DNA from: an uncultured Candidatus Planktophila sp.
Lineage (GTDB): Bacteria; Actinomycetota; Actinomycetes; Nanopelagicales; Nanopelagicaceae
Assembly: GCA_964610715.1 (NCBI GenBank)
Contig: CAZSWE010000001.1
Span: forward strand, 1-42,979
DNA length: 42,979 bases
Reading direction: 5' to 3'
Position numbers and translations under genes: made by a program. How positions within the stretch are numbered: position 1 is the first letter of the stretch; each line of letters begins with the position of its first letter. Below are positions 19,671 through 30,100 of this stretch, one piece after another. Under the pieces are notes generated by a model that saw only the letters and a list, made by a program, of their open reading frames with translations, ran no database searches and was not told the origin of the DNA.

Positions 19671-19854
19671 ATCCCCCAAGCATCAAAAGAACTTGGAGGG
19701 ACGAACTCACATGTGAGTTCGCGGTACCACCCGCCTTGCACCTGGCACGAGATGTGCGTCGGAGCCACTTATATTCTCCAAGCTTTTGGCCAGTTCTACC
19801 CCGCGTCTGCGGATCTTCTGACGTGCTCCGAAGGTGATGGCCTCATCAACGCAC
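19671..19854 (-). promoter_or_regulatory. Translational (class II, actinobacterial) ileS T-box riboswitch
   Basis: Minus strand: short Stem I GAUGAGGCC-AUC-ACCUUCGGAGC with Ile specifier AUC (19836-19838), Stem II with GAAGA/GUAGAAC, T-box AAGGCGGGUGGUACCGCG (UGGUACC at 19723-19729), and sequestrator CCCUCCAAG able to pair with CUUGGGGG over the SD. Confidence 0.93.
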
Positions 19855-19870
19855 TTTTCTTGCTCGGTCC

Positions 19871-19904
19871 TGCGTGGCTAAGTCTAAACCATGCGTGGCT
19901 AAGT
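19871..19904. repeat. 13-bp direct repeat TGCGTGGCTAAGT x2 in the divergent promoter region
   Basis: Exact copies at 19871-19883 and 19892-19904 (21-bp period). Confidence 0.8.
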
Positions 19905-19939
19905 TGGTTACGAGAGGAAAAACGCATAAGGTGCGCGGC

Positions 19940-20734
19940 GTGCCAGGAAAAAAGGTAGTCAAGAAAGCAGCGAAGAAAGCGGCTGCGAAGAAGGCTCCTG
20001 CCAAAAAGTCTGCAGCGAAGAAAGTTGCAAAGAAGGCTCCAGCTAAGAAGGTCGCTAAGAAAGCCCCTGCTAAAAAAGCAGCTGCTAAGAAAGTTGCCAA
20101 GAAGTCACCGGCAAAGAAATCCATTCCAGTAAAGAAGGCTCCCGGACGACCATTTCCTTCCAAGGTCGGCAAGACAACACTTACCGTTGATGAAAAATCT
20201 CAGACAGTTTCGGTAGCAACCGTGGTTGCACCTACTGCAGCCCCCGTCGTTGAAGAACGTCGATTGGTAATGCCGCCTCCACCTCGCCCAGTAAAGAGCG
20301 GCAAGAAGGTTGCACCCCTTAAGCCAATTAAGGCTGCTCCAACTCCAGTAACGGCGTCAAGTGATGAAGCGCCATGGTCTGCAGCCGAGTTGAAAGCGAT
20401 TCGCGCAGAGATTGCAACTGATCTTGATCGCCTTCGCATCGAACTTGCCAACGTTGAAGCCGAGATGAATGATCTCATCGCAGATTCAGGCGAAGGTGCT
20501 GGCGATGATCAAGCCGACTCTGGAACAAAAACATTCGAGCGCGAACATGAGATGTCACTTGTGATTAATGCGCGAGATATGGTTCTGCAAACTGAACGTG
20601 CACTCGCTCGCATTGATGCCAAGACTTATGGCATGTGCGAAGAATGTGGTTCACCAATTGGCAAAGCTCGTCTGCAGGTATTTCCACGTGCAACGCTCTG
20701 CATGATTTGTAAGCAGAAGGAAGAGCGGCGCTAA
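19940..20734 (+). CDS. Histone H1-like (AKK/PAKK) domain fused to a DksA/TraR C4 zinc finger (DdbA-like)
   Basis: N-terminal KKAPAKK repeats, coiled coil with acidic tip GDDQADSG, and CEEC...CMIC zinc finger. Start uncertain (GTG at 19874, 19931 or 19940). Confidence 0.9.
   Translation: MPGKKVVKKAAKKAAAKKAPAKKSAAKKVAKKAPAKKVAKKAPAKKAAAKKVAKKSPAKKSIPVKKAPGRPFPSKVGKTTLTVDEKSQTVSVATVVAPTAAPVVEERRLVMPPPPRPVKSGKKVAPLKPIKAAPTPVTASSDEAPWSAAELKAIRAEIATDLDRLRIELANVEAEMNDLIADSGEGAGDDQADSGTKTFEREHEMSLVINARDMVLQTERALARIDAKTYGMCEECGSPIGKARLQVFPRATLCMICKQKEERR
19961..20119 (+). repeat. Low-complexity Lys/Ala/Pro coding repeats (KKAxA-type pentapeptides)
   Basis: KKAAKKAAAKKAPAKKSAAKKVAKKAPAKKVAKKAPAKKAAAKKVAKKSPAKK; degenerate at the DNA level. 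Confidence 0.9.
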
Positions 20735-20735
20735 G

Positions 20736-21227
20736 GTGCGCCCCCAGTTTAGCCCTGGCAAGACTCGCACTATCTGGCTGACTGCCTGGACTATCTGGCT
20801 CTTTGATTACGTAACTAAAACTTGGGCGCTCTCGAATTTCTCATCTGATCCACAGCCGATAATAGGTACTCTCTTGCAATTCACCTTGCTCAAGAATTCA
20901 GGAGCAGCATTTAGCCTCGCCAGTGGATTCACAATTATCTTTTCTTTCCTTGCAGTTGCTGTCATCGCAACAATCGTCAGATATGCAGCGCGCATTACAT
21001 CTCGTGGTTGGTTGACCTGCGCAGGGTTACTTCTTGGGGGAGTACTCGGAAATCTGACAGATCGCATGTTCCGTGAGCCTGGATTCTTTCTTGGACATGT
21101 GGTTGATTGGATTCAAATACCGAATTGGCCAGTCTTTAATATCGCCGATATTGCAATATCTACCGCTGCGCTTCTGGCTTTCATTCAAACGATGCGAAAT
21201 GTCCCTCCTATTACACAGGTACAGTAG
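20736..21227 (+). CDS. lspA: Lipoprotein signal peptidase II
   Basis: NSGAAFS, GNLTDR, VVDWI and FNIAD motifs. Confidence 0.96.
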   Translation: MRPQFSPGKTRTIWLTAWTIWLFDYVTKTWALSNFSSDPQPIIGTLLQFTLLKNSGAAFSLASGFTIIFSFLAVAVIATIVRYAARITSRGWLTCAGLLLGGVLGNLTDRMFREPGFFLGHVVDWIQIPNWPVFNIADIAISTAALLAFIQTMRNVPPITQVQ

Positions 21228-21233
21228 GGACTC

Positions 21234-22172
21234 ATGACAAGAGAATTGCGCACACTTACCGTTCCAGAAGGTGTAGCTGGCGAGCGTATTGATAGCGCGC
21301 TGACTCGAGTATTGGGTCTTTCTCGCACAGCCATCGTCAAACTCTTAGAAGATGGTGATATCACAACCAGTAATCAAGCGATGCAGAAGTCTGATCGCGT
21401 CGCAGCAGGTCAATTGATTGAAGTATTGATGCCTGCGCAGAAGAACCAGGATCCAATTCCACTTACGCCACTAGAGGGCCTCACTGTGATCTTTAATGAT
21501 GACGATATCGTCGTCATCGATAAGCCAGTCGGGTGCGCCGCTCACCCAAGTCCAGGATGGATGGGACCAACCGTTGTTGGTGCTCTGATGGCAGCGGGTT
21601 ACACAATCACAACTTCAGGCCCAGCAGAACGCGCGGGCATTGTCCACCGCCTCGATGTTGGTACCTCAGGGCTTATGGTTGTGGCCAAGACAGATAAGGC
21701 CTATTTGAAGCTAAAAGATATGTTTCGCAACCACGAGATAGATAAGACCTATCACGCACTTGTGCAAGGACATATGGATCCAGCGAGCGGAACAATTGAT
21801 GCTCCTATCGACCGACATCCAAAAGAGGACCATCGCTTCGCCGTTGTTGCTACCGGTAAAGAGAGCATCACTCATTATGAAGTCATTGAGTATTACCGCT
21901 CTGTATCTCTCGTAAAGGTAGAACTTGAAACTGGTCGCACTCATCAGATTCGCGTTCACTTCTCAGCTTTAGGACATCCACTTGTTGGTGACACCACTTA
22001 CGGCGCCGATCCCGTACTAGGAAAGAAAATGGGAATGTCTCGCCCTTGGCTACATGCCCTGGAACTGCGATTTAACCATCCAGTCAGCGCACTTCCCTTA
22101 GTTCTCAGCGCTCCATATCCACCTGACCTTCAGGCTTCTCTGGCGTTGCTATCCGAGGCAGTTCTCCCTTAG
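21234..22172 (+). CDS. rluD: RluA-family 23S rRNA pseudouridine synthase with S4 domain
   Basis: GERID S4 start, GIVHRLDVGTSG and TGRTHQIRVH motifs; follows lspA. Confidence 0.9.
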   Translation: MTRELRTLTVPEGVAGERIDSALTRVLGLSRTAIVKLLEDGDITTSNQAMQKSDRVAAGQLIEVLMPAQKNQDPIPLTPLEGLTVIFNDDDIVVIDKPVGCAAHPSPGWMGPTVVGALMAAGYTITTSGPAERAGIVHRLDVGTSGLMVVAKTDKAYLKLKDMFRNHEIDKTYHALVQGHMDPASGTIDAPIDRHPKEDHRFAVVATGKESITHYEVIEYYRSVSLVKVELETGRTHQIRVHFSALGHPLVGDTTYGADPVLGKKMGMSRPWLHALELRFNHPVSALPLVLSAPYPPDLQASLALLSEAVLP

Positions 22173-22191
22173 GCGCTAATGTTGCGCCACC

Positions 22192-25100
22192 ATGTCATCT
22201 GAAGATTTTTCAGCTTCACGGGCATCGACGAACGACTCGTTTGTACATTTACATGTGCATACCGAGTACTCGATGCTCGATGGTGCCGCGCGCGTCGGAG
22301 ATCTAGTCAATGAAGTAGCTCGACTAGAAATGCCCGCGATTGCAATGACAGATCACGGCAATGTCTTCGGGGCATTTGATTTCTATAAGCAAGCAACTAA
22401 AGCTGGCGTTAAACCAATCATCGGTATTGAAGCCTATGTCGCCCCTGAATCTCGCTTCGATAAGAAGCGCGTGCAGTGGGCCGATGGCGGCGAAGATGAT
22501 GTTTCAGGTGGTGGCGCATATACCCACATGACAATTCTTGCCGAGAACAATCAAGGACTCGCTAACCTCTTTAGACTTTCTTCGCTCGCCTCCCTTGAAG
22601 GTTATTACTACAAGCCACGCATGGATCGTGAGTTAATTTCTCGTCATGCCGATGGGCTGATTGCAACGACCGGCTGCCCAGGTGGAGAAATCCAAACTCG
22701 ACTCCGTATGGGAAATTATCGTGAGGCGCTCCGCGCTGCCAGCGATTACCGAGATATCTTCGGCGCTCATAACTTCTTCCTTGAAATCATGGACCACGAC
22801 ATCGATGTCGAAAATCGCGTAAAGGCAGATCTTCTAAAACTAGGTAAAGAGTTGAAGCTTCCACTCCTTGCTACAAATGATCTGCACTACACGCGCCATG
22901 AAGACGCAGCAGCCCATGCGGCGCTGCTCTGCGTGCAATCAGGTACAACTCTCGCCGACCCAAAGAGATTTAAGTTCGATAACGATGAGTTCTATCTCAA
23001 GACTCCAGCGCAAATGCGTGAGCTCTTTAAGGAGATCCCTGAAAGTTGCGATAACACTCTTCTGATTGCAGAGCGTTGTAACGTCAAGCTCCGCGAAAAT
23101 GAAAATTTGCTCCCTGCCTTCCCTGTGCCACAAGGTGAAACTGAAGATTCGTGGCTGCGCAAGGAATCTGTAAGAGGGCTCCTTGAAAAGATGGGCGATC
23201 GCGCTACCGAGGAATATCGCACACGTATTAATTACGAACTCGATGTCATGGCCAATATGGGATTTCCTGGTTACTTCCTCGTCGTTGCCGACCTAGTAGG
23301 ACATGCGAAGACAGTTGGAATTCGAGTTGGACCAGGACGAGGCTCTGCTGCGGGTTCACTCGTTGCATACTCACTAGGAATCACAGGGCTTGATCCCATC
23401 GAACACGGCCTTTTATTTGAGCGCTTCCTCAATCCAGAACGTATCTCAATGCCCGATATCGATCTTGACTTTGATGAACGTCGTCGCTCCGAAATGATTC
23501 GTTATGCCACCGAAAAGTATGGCGAAGATCGAGTAGCGCAGATCATCACTTACGGAACAATCAAATCGAAGCAGTCTCTTAAAGATTCCACACGCGTTCT
23601 TGGTTACCCATATGCAATCGGTGAGAAACTCACCAAAGCGCTTCCACCTTCAGTCATGGGTAAAGACATCACCCTTTCAGGAATCTTTGATTCGAAAGAT
23701 TCACGTTATGGCGAGGCTGGCGAATTCAGACAGCTCTACGAGAGCGACCCTGATTCTAAGCGGGTAGTTGATTTAGCAAAGGGTTTGGAAGGACTTAAAC
23801 GTCAATGGGGAGTCCATGCGGCAGGTGTGATTCTTTCTCGTGAGCCGCTCCTTGATGTAATTCCTATCCACCGTCGTGAAGCAGATGGCGCAATCATTAC
23901 TCAATTCGATATGGGCGCCTGCGAATCAACGGGCCTACTTAAGATGGACTTCTTGGGGCTGCGTAACCTCTCTGTTCTCGATGATGCCTTACTGAATATC
24001 AAAGCAAATCAAGGAATAGATGTAGTACTTGAAGATCTGCCATTGCGCGATCAGAAAACTTTTGAATTGCTATCGCGTGGTGACACTCTCGGCGTCTTCC
24101 AGCTCGATGGCGGACCAATGCGCGCACTTCTACGCAGCATGGCTCCAGATTCTTTTGCCGATATCTCTGCAGTGATTGCGCTCTATCGCCCTGGTCCTAT
24201 GGGCGAGAATGCACATAACAACTACGCCGATCGTAAGAATGGGCGAAAGCCAGTTGAACCAATCCACCCAGAATTATCTGAACCGCTCAATGAAATTCTC
24301 GGCGATACCTACGGCCTAATTGTTTATCAAGAGCAGGTAATGGCGATTGCGCAGAAGGTTGCAGGCTTTACCTTGGGGCGCGCGGATCTACTCCGTAAAG
24401 CGATGGGAAAGAAGAATAAGGAGATTCTCGATAAGGAGTACATCCCATTCGAAGCGGGCATGAAGGAGAATGGTTTCTCTGTCGCTGCCATTAAGCGTCT
24501 CTGGGAAGTTCTGATTCCATTTTCTGATTACGCATTTAACCGAGCACATAGCGCGGGTTACGGCGTTGTCTCATTTTGGACCGCCTACCTCAAGGCAAAT
24601 TACCCAACTGAATACATGGCAGCGCTCTTAACAAGTGTGCGCGATGATAAAGATAAATCTGCGCTCTACCTATCTGAATGTCGTCGCATGGGAATCAAGG
24701 TCTTGCCACCTGATGTCAATGAATCTGATGCTGAATACACACCTCGCGGAGTTGATATTCGCTTTGGTTTAGCTGCTATTCGAAACGTTGGAGAAGGCGT
24801 AGTTGCATCTATCAAGGCAGCGCGAGCGAGCAAGGGATCATTTGCCTCATTTGGAGATTTCTTAGCCAAAGTTGATGCCAATGTCTGCAATAAGAAGACG
24901 ATCGAATCGTTGGTAAAGGCTGGAGCATTTGATTCGCTCTCTCATCCACGCAAGGGCTTGATGGCAATCCACCTCGAGGCGATTGACTCTGTCATTGAGA
25001 CCAAGCGCGCCGAGGCAATTGGCCAATTCGATCTCTTCGGTGGCGACACTATTTCGCAAGTTGCCGGACTCGATATCGAGATTCCAAATACCGAGTGGGA

Positions 25101-25725
25101 TAAATCAACTCTACTTACCTTTGAACGCGAGATGCTCGGACTCTACGTCTCAGATCACCCGCTCTTAGGCGTTGAGCATGTGTTGCGCTCTCACACAGAT
25201 ATGTCTATCTCAGAACTACTCGAAGATGGTCCACAAGATGGCGTTGTCACTATCGGCGGACTAATCACCGGAATCCAAAGAAAAGTTTCTCGCCAAGGCG
25301 CCTCGTGGGCGGTCGTCAATGTAGAAGACCTCGAAGGTGCGATTGAAGTTCTCTTCTTCTCCAATACCTACAATCAATATGCCCTCTCACTCACCGAAGA
25401 TCGCGTGGTCGTTGTACGAGGACGCTTCTCGCGAACAGATGAACAAGTTCGCTTTACCGCCCTCGAGATGAAGATGCCAGATATCAGCGCAACACCAACT
25501 GGGCCTCTTCTTATCTCACTTCCTGCGAATCAAGTGACTCCACCGGTAGTTGAGCGAATGAAAGAGATTCTCCGTTCACATCCGGGCAAGCGCGAAGTGC
25601 ATCTTCAAGTCATTGATCAGCAGAAATCAACGACGTTAAAGATTGATGCACTTGTGACATCATCACCGAGTTTGAGCGCAGATCTCAAGGCGATCTTGGG
25701 CCCTGACTGCCTCATACGTATCTAA
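22192..25725 (+). CDS. dnaE: DNA polymerase III alpha subunit (DnaE1)
   Basis: HLHVHTEYSMLDG PHP domain, GRGSAAGS, PDIDLDF and an OB fold; no intein-sized insertion. Confidence 0.98.
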   Translation: MSSEDFSASRASTNDSFVHLHVHTEYSMLDGAARVGDLVNEVARLEMPAIAMTDHGNVFGAFDFYKQATKAGVKPIIGIEAYVAPESRFDKKRVQWADGGEDDVSGGGAYTHMTILAENNQGLANLFRLSSLASLEGYYYKPRMDRELISRHADGLIATTGCPGGEIQTRLRMGNYREALRAASDYRDIFGAHNFFLEIMDHDIDVENRVKADLLKLGKELKLPLLATNDLHYTRHEDAAAHAALLCVQSGTTLADPKRFKFDNDEFYLKTPAQMRELFKEIPESCDNTLLIAERCNVKLRENENLLPAFPVPQGETEDSWLRKESVRGLLEKMGDRATEEYRTRINYELDVMANMGFPGYFLVVADLVGHAKTVGIRVGPGRGSAAGSLVAYSLGITGLDPIEHGLLFERFLNPERISMPDIDLDFDERRRSEMIRYATEKYGEDRVAQIITYGTIKSKQSLKDSTRVLGYPYAIGEKLTKALPPSVMGKDITLSGIFDSKDSRYGEAGEFRQLYESDPDSKRVVDLAKGLEGLKRQWGVHAAGVILSREPLLDVIPIHRREADGAIITQFDMGACESTGLLKMDFLGLRNLSVLDDALLNIKANQGIDVVLEDLPLRDQKTFELLSRGDTLGVFQLDGGPMRALLRSMAPDSFADISAVIALYRPGPMGENAHNNYADRKNGRKPVEPIHPELSEPLNEILGDTYGLIVYQEQVMAIAQKVAGFTLGRADLLRKAMGKKNKEILDKEYIPFEAGMKENGFSVAAIKRLWEVLIPFSDYAFNRAHSAGYGVVSFWTAYLKANYPTEYMAALLTSVRDDKDKSALYLSECRRMGIKVLPPDVNESDAEYTPRGVDIRFGLAAIRNVGEGVVASIKAARASKGSFASFGDFLAKVDANVCNKKTIESLVKAGAFDSLSHPRKGLMAIHLEAIDSVIETKRAEAIGQFDLFGGDTISQVAGLDIEIPNTEWDKSTLLTFEREMLGLYVSDHPLLGVEHVLRSHTDMSISELLEDGPQDGVVTIGGLITGIQRKVSRQGASWAVVNVEDLEGAIEVLFFSNTYNQYALSLTEDRVVVVRGRFSRTDEQVRFTALEMKMPDISATPTGPLLISLPANQVTPPVVERMKEILRSHPGKREVHLQVIDQQKSTTLKIDALVTSSPSLSADLKAILGPDCLIRI

Positions 25726-25790
25726 ATGGGGCGTATCTAACTCAGCGGTAACTCAAAAAAATCAGGTCTCACGGCAATCGCTGTCCAAAG

Positions 25791-25796
25791 TAGAAT
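25791..25796 (+). promoter_or_regulatory. Putative -10 element TAGAAT for leaderless hisD
   Basis: TAnnnT hexamer 6 nt before GTG25803; no SD. Confidence 0.6.
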
Positions 25797-25802
25797 GCGC
25801 TT

Positions 25803-27110
25803 GTGATTCGTACCGTTGATCTGCGAGGCAAACCCCTTGATAAAGCTGGTTATCAAGAGCTGCTTCCGCGCGCCACCCTTGATGTGGCTTCTGCGATGGT
25901 GGCGATCGCTCCAATTTTGCAACGAGTCAAAGCAGGTACTGAGGCAGATTTAATCGCGCTGGCAGAAGAGTTTGATGGCACAACTCCTGAATCGATTCGT
26001 GTTCCGCAGAGCGCACTTGATGAGGCGCTGCGCAACCTTGATCCAAAGATTAGAGCAGCGCTTGAAAAGTCAGCGCTAAGAATTCGTAAGGTTCATGAAG
26101 ATCAGCGCCGCAGCGAAACCACCACAAAAGTTGTTGACGGTGGAACTGTCACTGAACGTTGGGTGCCAGTAGATCGCGTGGGTCTCTATGTTCCTGGAGG
26201 ACGCGCGGTCTATCCAAGTAGCGTGATGATGAATGTGATACCCGCACAGATTGCACAGGTAAGTAGCATCGCAGTTGCTTCTCCTCCTCAGAAAGAGTTT
26301 GCCGGGCTGCCACACCCAACTATTTTGGCAACTTGCGCACTTTTAGGAATTACAGAGGTGTATGCCGTTGGGGGAGCGCAAGCAATTGCACTCTTTGCTT
26401 ACGGTATGAAAGATCTCTGCGCCAAGTGCGATTTGGTAACTGGCCCAGGCAATATCTATGTGGCCGCTGCTAAGCGAGCTCTACGCGGAATTATCGGAAT
26501 CGACTCTGAGGCTGGGCCTACAGAGATTGCAATTCTCGCCGATGACACAGCCATTGCCGCCGATGTTGCTACCGATTTAATCAGCCAAGCAGAGCACGAT
26601 GTCATTGCTGCAGCTGTGCTCGTCACAACATCAACGAGGCTGGCCAGTGAGGTCGAAGCTGAGCTTGAGAAGAGAGTTGCTGCAACGAAGCACTCCGAAA
26701 GAATTCGCACCGCTCTCTCTGGTATTCAATCTGCGATTGCACTTGTTGACTCCATTGAGCAGGGTCTTGATGTTGTCAACGCATATGCCGCTGAACACCT
26801 TGAGATTCAGACTTCACAATCAGCGCTGGATGCGAAGAAGATTCGTAATGCCGGCGCAGTATTTATTGGACGTTTCTCTCCAGTATCGCTGGGTGATTAC
26901 TCAGCTGGCTCAAATCACGTTCTACCAACAGGTGGTTGCGCATGCCACAGCAGCGGTCTTTCTGTGCAAACTTTCTTACGAGGATTGCATTTCATCGAAT
27001 ACAACAAAGATGCATTTACTGAGATCCTCGAGACTGTTGTTACCTTGGCCAACTCTGAAGATCTCCCCGCTCACGGTGAAGCTATGACTGCGCGATTGGA
27101 AAATCTATGA
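25803..27110 (+). CDS. hisD: Histidinol dehydrogenase
   Basis: [28 protein letters not shown] and [13 protein letters not shown] motifs. Confidence 0.98.
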   Translation: MIRTVDLRGKPLDKAGYQELLPRATLDVASAMVAIAPILQRVKAGTEADLIALAEEFDGTTPESIRVPQSALDEALRNLDPKIRAALEKSALRIRKVHEDQRRSETTTKVVDGGTVTERWVPVDRVGLYVPGGRAVYPSSVMMNVIPAQIAQVSSIAVASPPQKEFAGLPHPTILATCALLGITEVYAVGGAQAIALFAYGMKDLCAKCDLVTGPGNIYVAAAKRALRGIIGIDSEAGPTEIAILADDTAIAADVATDLISQAEHDVIAAAVLVTTSTRLASEVEAELEKRVAATKHSERIRTALSGIQSAIALVDSIEQGLDVVNAYAAEHLEIQTSQSALDAKKIRNAGAVFIGRFSPVSLGDYSAGSNHVLPTGGCACHSSGLSVQTFLRGLHFIEYNKDAFTEILETVVTLANSEDLPAHGEAMTARLENL

Positions 27111-28195
27111 ACCAGTGGCCAACCTGGTTGCCCCTGCGCCAAGACCTACGCGAGCTCTCTGCTTATGGTGCACCGCAAGTTCCAGCTGACGCTGTGATGA
27201 ATACAAATGAGAATCCTTATCCGCTTTCGCAACAGCTCTCTGCAGCAATCGCTGCAAGAGTTTTGGATACTGCGAAGAACCTTAATCGCTATCCCGATCG
27301 CGACGCCACAGTTCTGCGAAGCAAGTTGGCGCAATTCATCAACTCGCTCTCTGCGACGAAGTTGACCGAAGAGAACATCTGGGCTGCTAATGGCAGCAAT
27401 GAAATCATTCAATCTCTCTTCATGGCCTTCGGTAGCGGTAGCGCTCTCGGTTTCACACCGTCTTATTCAATGCATCCCTTGATTGCGAAGGTGATAGGTG
27501 TTTCTTGGATCAATGGTTCTCGCCGCGAAGATTTCACCTTGGATTACGACTCTGCCCTGGCACAGATTCAACGCGAGAAACCAGCCCTTACCTTTATCAC
27601 TACTCCCAATAATCCAACGGGTTCATCGCTTTCGATTAATGAGATTGAGAAGTTAGCTAAGGCCACGCCAGGGTTATTGGTCATCGATGAGGCATATGCC
27701 GAGTTCTCTGAAGAAATTTCAGCGGCAACTTTGATTGAAAAGTATCCACATGTAGTTGTCATTCGAACAATGAGCAAGGCCTTTGCCTTCGCTGGAGTTC
27801 GTTTAGGTTATTTGGTGGCAGATAAGGCTGTCATTGATGCGATGTATTTAGTCCGCCTTCCGTACCACCTCAGCGCATTGACACAAGCTGCCGGAGAAGT
27901 AGCGCTGGATTATCAAGAAGAGCTGCTAGCCAACGTTGCACGTCTGCGCGCAGACCGCGAGAAGTTAGCGCAAGAGATCGTGGCGCTTGGACTCACCGTT
28001 GTGCCGAGTGATGCCAACTTCATCCTCTTTGGTGGTTTTGCTAAGCCGGCAGCGCAACTCTGGAAAGAGATGCTCGAAAGAGGAGTTCTCATCAGAGATG
28101 TGGGATTATTGGGCTACTTGCGAGTGACCATTGGCAACGAAGCCGAGAACAAGAAATTTATCGACTCACTATCGGCTTGCCTGGGAGAAAAATGA
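27107..28195 (+). CDS. hisC: Histidinol-phosphate aminotransferase
   Basis: NENP, NRYPD, PNNPTG, DEAY and [15 protein letters not shown] motifs. Confidence 0.96.
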   Translation: MNQWPTWLPLRQDLRELSAYGAPQVPADAVMNTNENPYPLSQQLSAAIAARVLDTAKNLNRYPDRDATVLRSKLAQFINSLSATKLTEENIWAANGSNEIIQSLFMAFGSGSALGFTPSYSMHPLIAKVIGVSWINGSRREDFTLDYDSALAQIQREKPALTFITTPNNPTGSSLSINEIEKLAKATPGLLVIDEAYAEFSEEISAATLIEKYPHVVVIRTMSKAFAFAGVRLGYLVADKAVIDAMYLVRLPYHLSALTQAAGEVALDYQEELLANVARLRADREKLAQEIVALGLTVVPSDANFILFGGFAKPAAQLWKEMLERGVLIRDVGLLGYLRVTIGNEAENKKFIDSLSACLGEK

Positions 28196-28779
28196 GCAGA
28201 ACAGCACGCGTTGAACGGACAACGAAAGAATCTAGCGTTCTTGTAGAACTGAACTTAGATGGCACCGGTGAAATCTCGGTCGAAACTGGAGTTCCTTTCT
28301 TCGATCACATGATGAGCCAGCTAGGAAAGCACTCAGGCTTTAATCTCACCATTAAGACAACAGGTGATGTTGATGTTGATTCACACCATACTGTCGAAGA
28401 TACCTCGCTCGCCTTTGGACAAGCTCTCCGCGAAGCGCTTGGAGATAAAGCTGGTATTCGCCGCTTCGGTGATGCGATGGTTCCTCTTGATGAGGTGTTA
28501 GTACAGGCAGCTGTTGATTTATCAGGGCGACCATACTTAGTCCATCGTCAACCAGAGATTGTCGAACTGATCGGTACCTTCGATACAACTCTTGGAAAAC
28601 ATATCTGGGAATCTATTGTCGCTGAAGCCCGTATCGCACTCCATGTGCGCGTACTTGAAGGTCGCAATGCCCACCACGTCTTTGAAGCGCAATTTAAAGC
28701 AGTCGCACGCGCGCTACGCGATGCCGTTGCGTTAGATAGCCGTGTTACAGGAATTCCTTCCACCAAGGGCTCTCTCTAA
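28192..28779 (+). CDS. hisB: Imidazoleglycerol-phosphate dehydratase (monofunctional)
   Basis: [25 protein letters not shown] and PSTKG motifs; ATG28192 overlaps the hisC stop. Confidence 0.97.
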   Translation: MSRTARVERTTKESSVLVELNLDGTGEISVETGVPFFDHMMSQLGKHSGFNLTIKTTGDVDVDSHHTVEDTSLAFGQALREALGDKAGIRRFGDAMVPLDEVLVQAAVDLSGRPYLVHRQPEIVELIGTFDTTLGKHIWESIVAEARIALHVRVLEGRNAHHVFEAQFKAVARALRDAVALDSRVTGIPSTKGSL

Positions 28780-28784
28780 CGTTC

Positions 28785-29378
28785 GTGATTGCAATTCTTG
28801 ATTACGGTTCTGGAAATCTAAGGTCGGCCCAACGGGCCTTTGAAACCTCGGGGCGTGAAGTTGTCATCACATCAGACTATGAAGTTGCGCTCAATGCTGA
28901 TGGCTTAGTAGTACCAGGTGTTGGTGCCTTTGCCGCTTGTATGGAAGGGCTGATCGCAGTGCGCGGAGATCAGATTGTGCGCGCAAGAATCGCCGCCGCT
29001 CGTCCCACGCTTGGAATATGTGTCGGAATGCAGATTCTCTTTTCGCAAGGCGTCGAACATGGCACTCATCCAGGAGTCGGGATCTGGAACGCTACAGTTG
29101 AAAAATTAGAGGCACCGATATTGCCGCATATGGGCTGGAACACTGTGAAGGCCGGAGCAGGCTCGCAACTTTTCAAGGGCGTTGAAGAAGAATCTTTCTA
29201 CTTTGTGCATTCATACGCTGTAAAGAATTCTGTTGGCGCTATCTCAACGCTTTCGAACTATGGCGAGGATTTCTTAGCTGCAGTCGAAGATGGTGCAATC
29301 GCTGCGACGCAATTTCATCCTGAAAAATCTGGAGATGCCGGCTTACACTTGATTAAGAATTGGGTACAAACGCTATGA
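28785..29378 (+). CDS. hisH: Imidazole glycerol phosphate synthase glutaminase subunit
   Basis: DYGSGNL, PGVGAF, GICVGMQ, YFVHSY and QFHPEKS motifs. Confidence 0.97.
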   Translation: MIAILDYGSGNLRSAQRAFETSGREVVITSDYEVALNADGLVVPGVGAFAACMEGLIAVRGDQIVRARIAAARPTLGICVGMQILFSQGVEHGTHPGVGIWNATVEKLEAPILPHMGWNTVKAGAGSQLFKGVEEESFYFVHSYAVKNSVGAISTLSNYGEDFLAAVEDGAIAATQFHPEKSGDAGLHLIKNWVQTL

Positions 29379-30100
29379 GTTACTTAGAACTTCTTCCTGC
29401 CGTCGATGTGAAAGATGGCCGCGCTGTACGCCTAGTGCAAGGCGAACTCTCCGCTGAAACCGCATATGGAAATCCGCTAGAAGTTGCCCTCGAATTTCAA
29501 GCAGCAGGGGCTGAGTGGTTACACCTTGTTGACCTTGATGCCGCCTTCGGTCGCGGTGAAAATAGCGCTCTCTTAGCCGAAGTTGTAGGAAAGCTCGATA
29601 TTAAAGTCGAACTCTCTGGCGGAATCCGCGATGATGAATCACTGCGTCGCGCTCTGGCAACTGGATGCACACGTATCAATCTAGGAACTGCCGCGCTAGA
29701 GAACCCCGATTGGACTGCGAAGATTATTCAAGAGTTTGGCGATCGCATCGCTGTTGGTCTTGATGTTCGCGGACATGTCTTAGCTGCCCGAGGTTGGACG
29801 AAAGAGGGCGGAGATCTCTTTGAAACTATCGAACGCCTAGAGCGCGATGGATGCGCGCGTTATGTTGTTACAGATGTAACGAAAGATGGAACTCTGCAAG
29901 GACCGAATGTGCAACTTCTGCAAGAAGTATGTGCCGTTACCAAGAAGCCAGTTGTGGCATCGGGTGGAATTTCATCTCTTGCCGATATCGAATCCCTCAT
30001 GGCACTTAACGCCATCGGAGTTGAAGGTGCAATCGTTGGTAAGGCTCTCTATGCCGGAGCATTTACTGTCCAAGAGGCGCTGGAGTTAACGAAGCGATGA
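29375..30100 (+). CDS. priA: Bifunctional HisA/TrpF phosphoribosyl isomerase PriA
   Basis: [28 protein letters not shown] and TDVTKDG motifs; no trpF in the adjacent trp genes. Confidence 0.92.
   Translation: MSYLELLPAVDVKDGRAVRLVQGELSAETAYGNPLEVALEFQAAGAEWLHLVDLDAAFGRGENSALLAEVVGKLDIKVELSGGIRDDESLRRALATGCTRINLGTAALENPDWTAKIIQEFGDRIAVGLDVRGHVLAARGWTKEGGDLFETIERLERDGCARYVVTDVTKDGTLQGPNVQLLQEVCAVTKKPVVASGGISSLADIESLMALNAIGVEGAIVGKALYAGAFTVQEALELTKR

Noticed and set aside
19666..19710. ileS extension to 19710
   Set aside because: Falls within the T-box sequestrator and SD region.
19713..19958. 81-aa + strand ORF (and the 19643-19837 ORF) in the ileS leader
   Set aside because: Antisense to the T-box with no recognisable protein features; the region is explained by the RNA element.
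19961..20119. Repetitive DNA as a possible CRISPR array or VNTR
   Set aside because: Degenerate in-frame codon repeats with no constant repeat-spacer structure and no cas genes.
19846..20172. 108-aa hydrophobic minus-strand ORF (AFFAAAF repeats) resembling a membrane protein
   Set aside because: Shadow of the AAG/GCN repeats of the histone-like domain on the opposite strand.
22192..25725. Possible intein or split in dnaE
   Set aside because: 1177 aa is a normal length, and no splice-junction or endonuclease insertion is visible.
25726..25802. His attenuator or leader peptide before hisD
   Set aside because: No His-codon run or terminator hairpin; layout fits a leaderless promoter.
26599..27087. 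162-aa alternative-frame ORF inside hisD, and similar nested ORFs (9051-9500, 31674-32141)
   Set aside because: Wholly overlap conserved genes and lack motifs or start signals; expected by chance.
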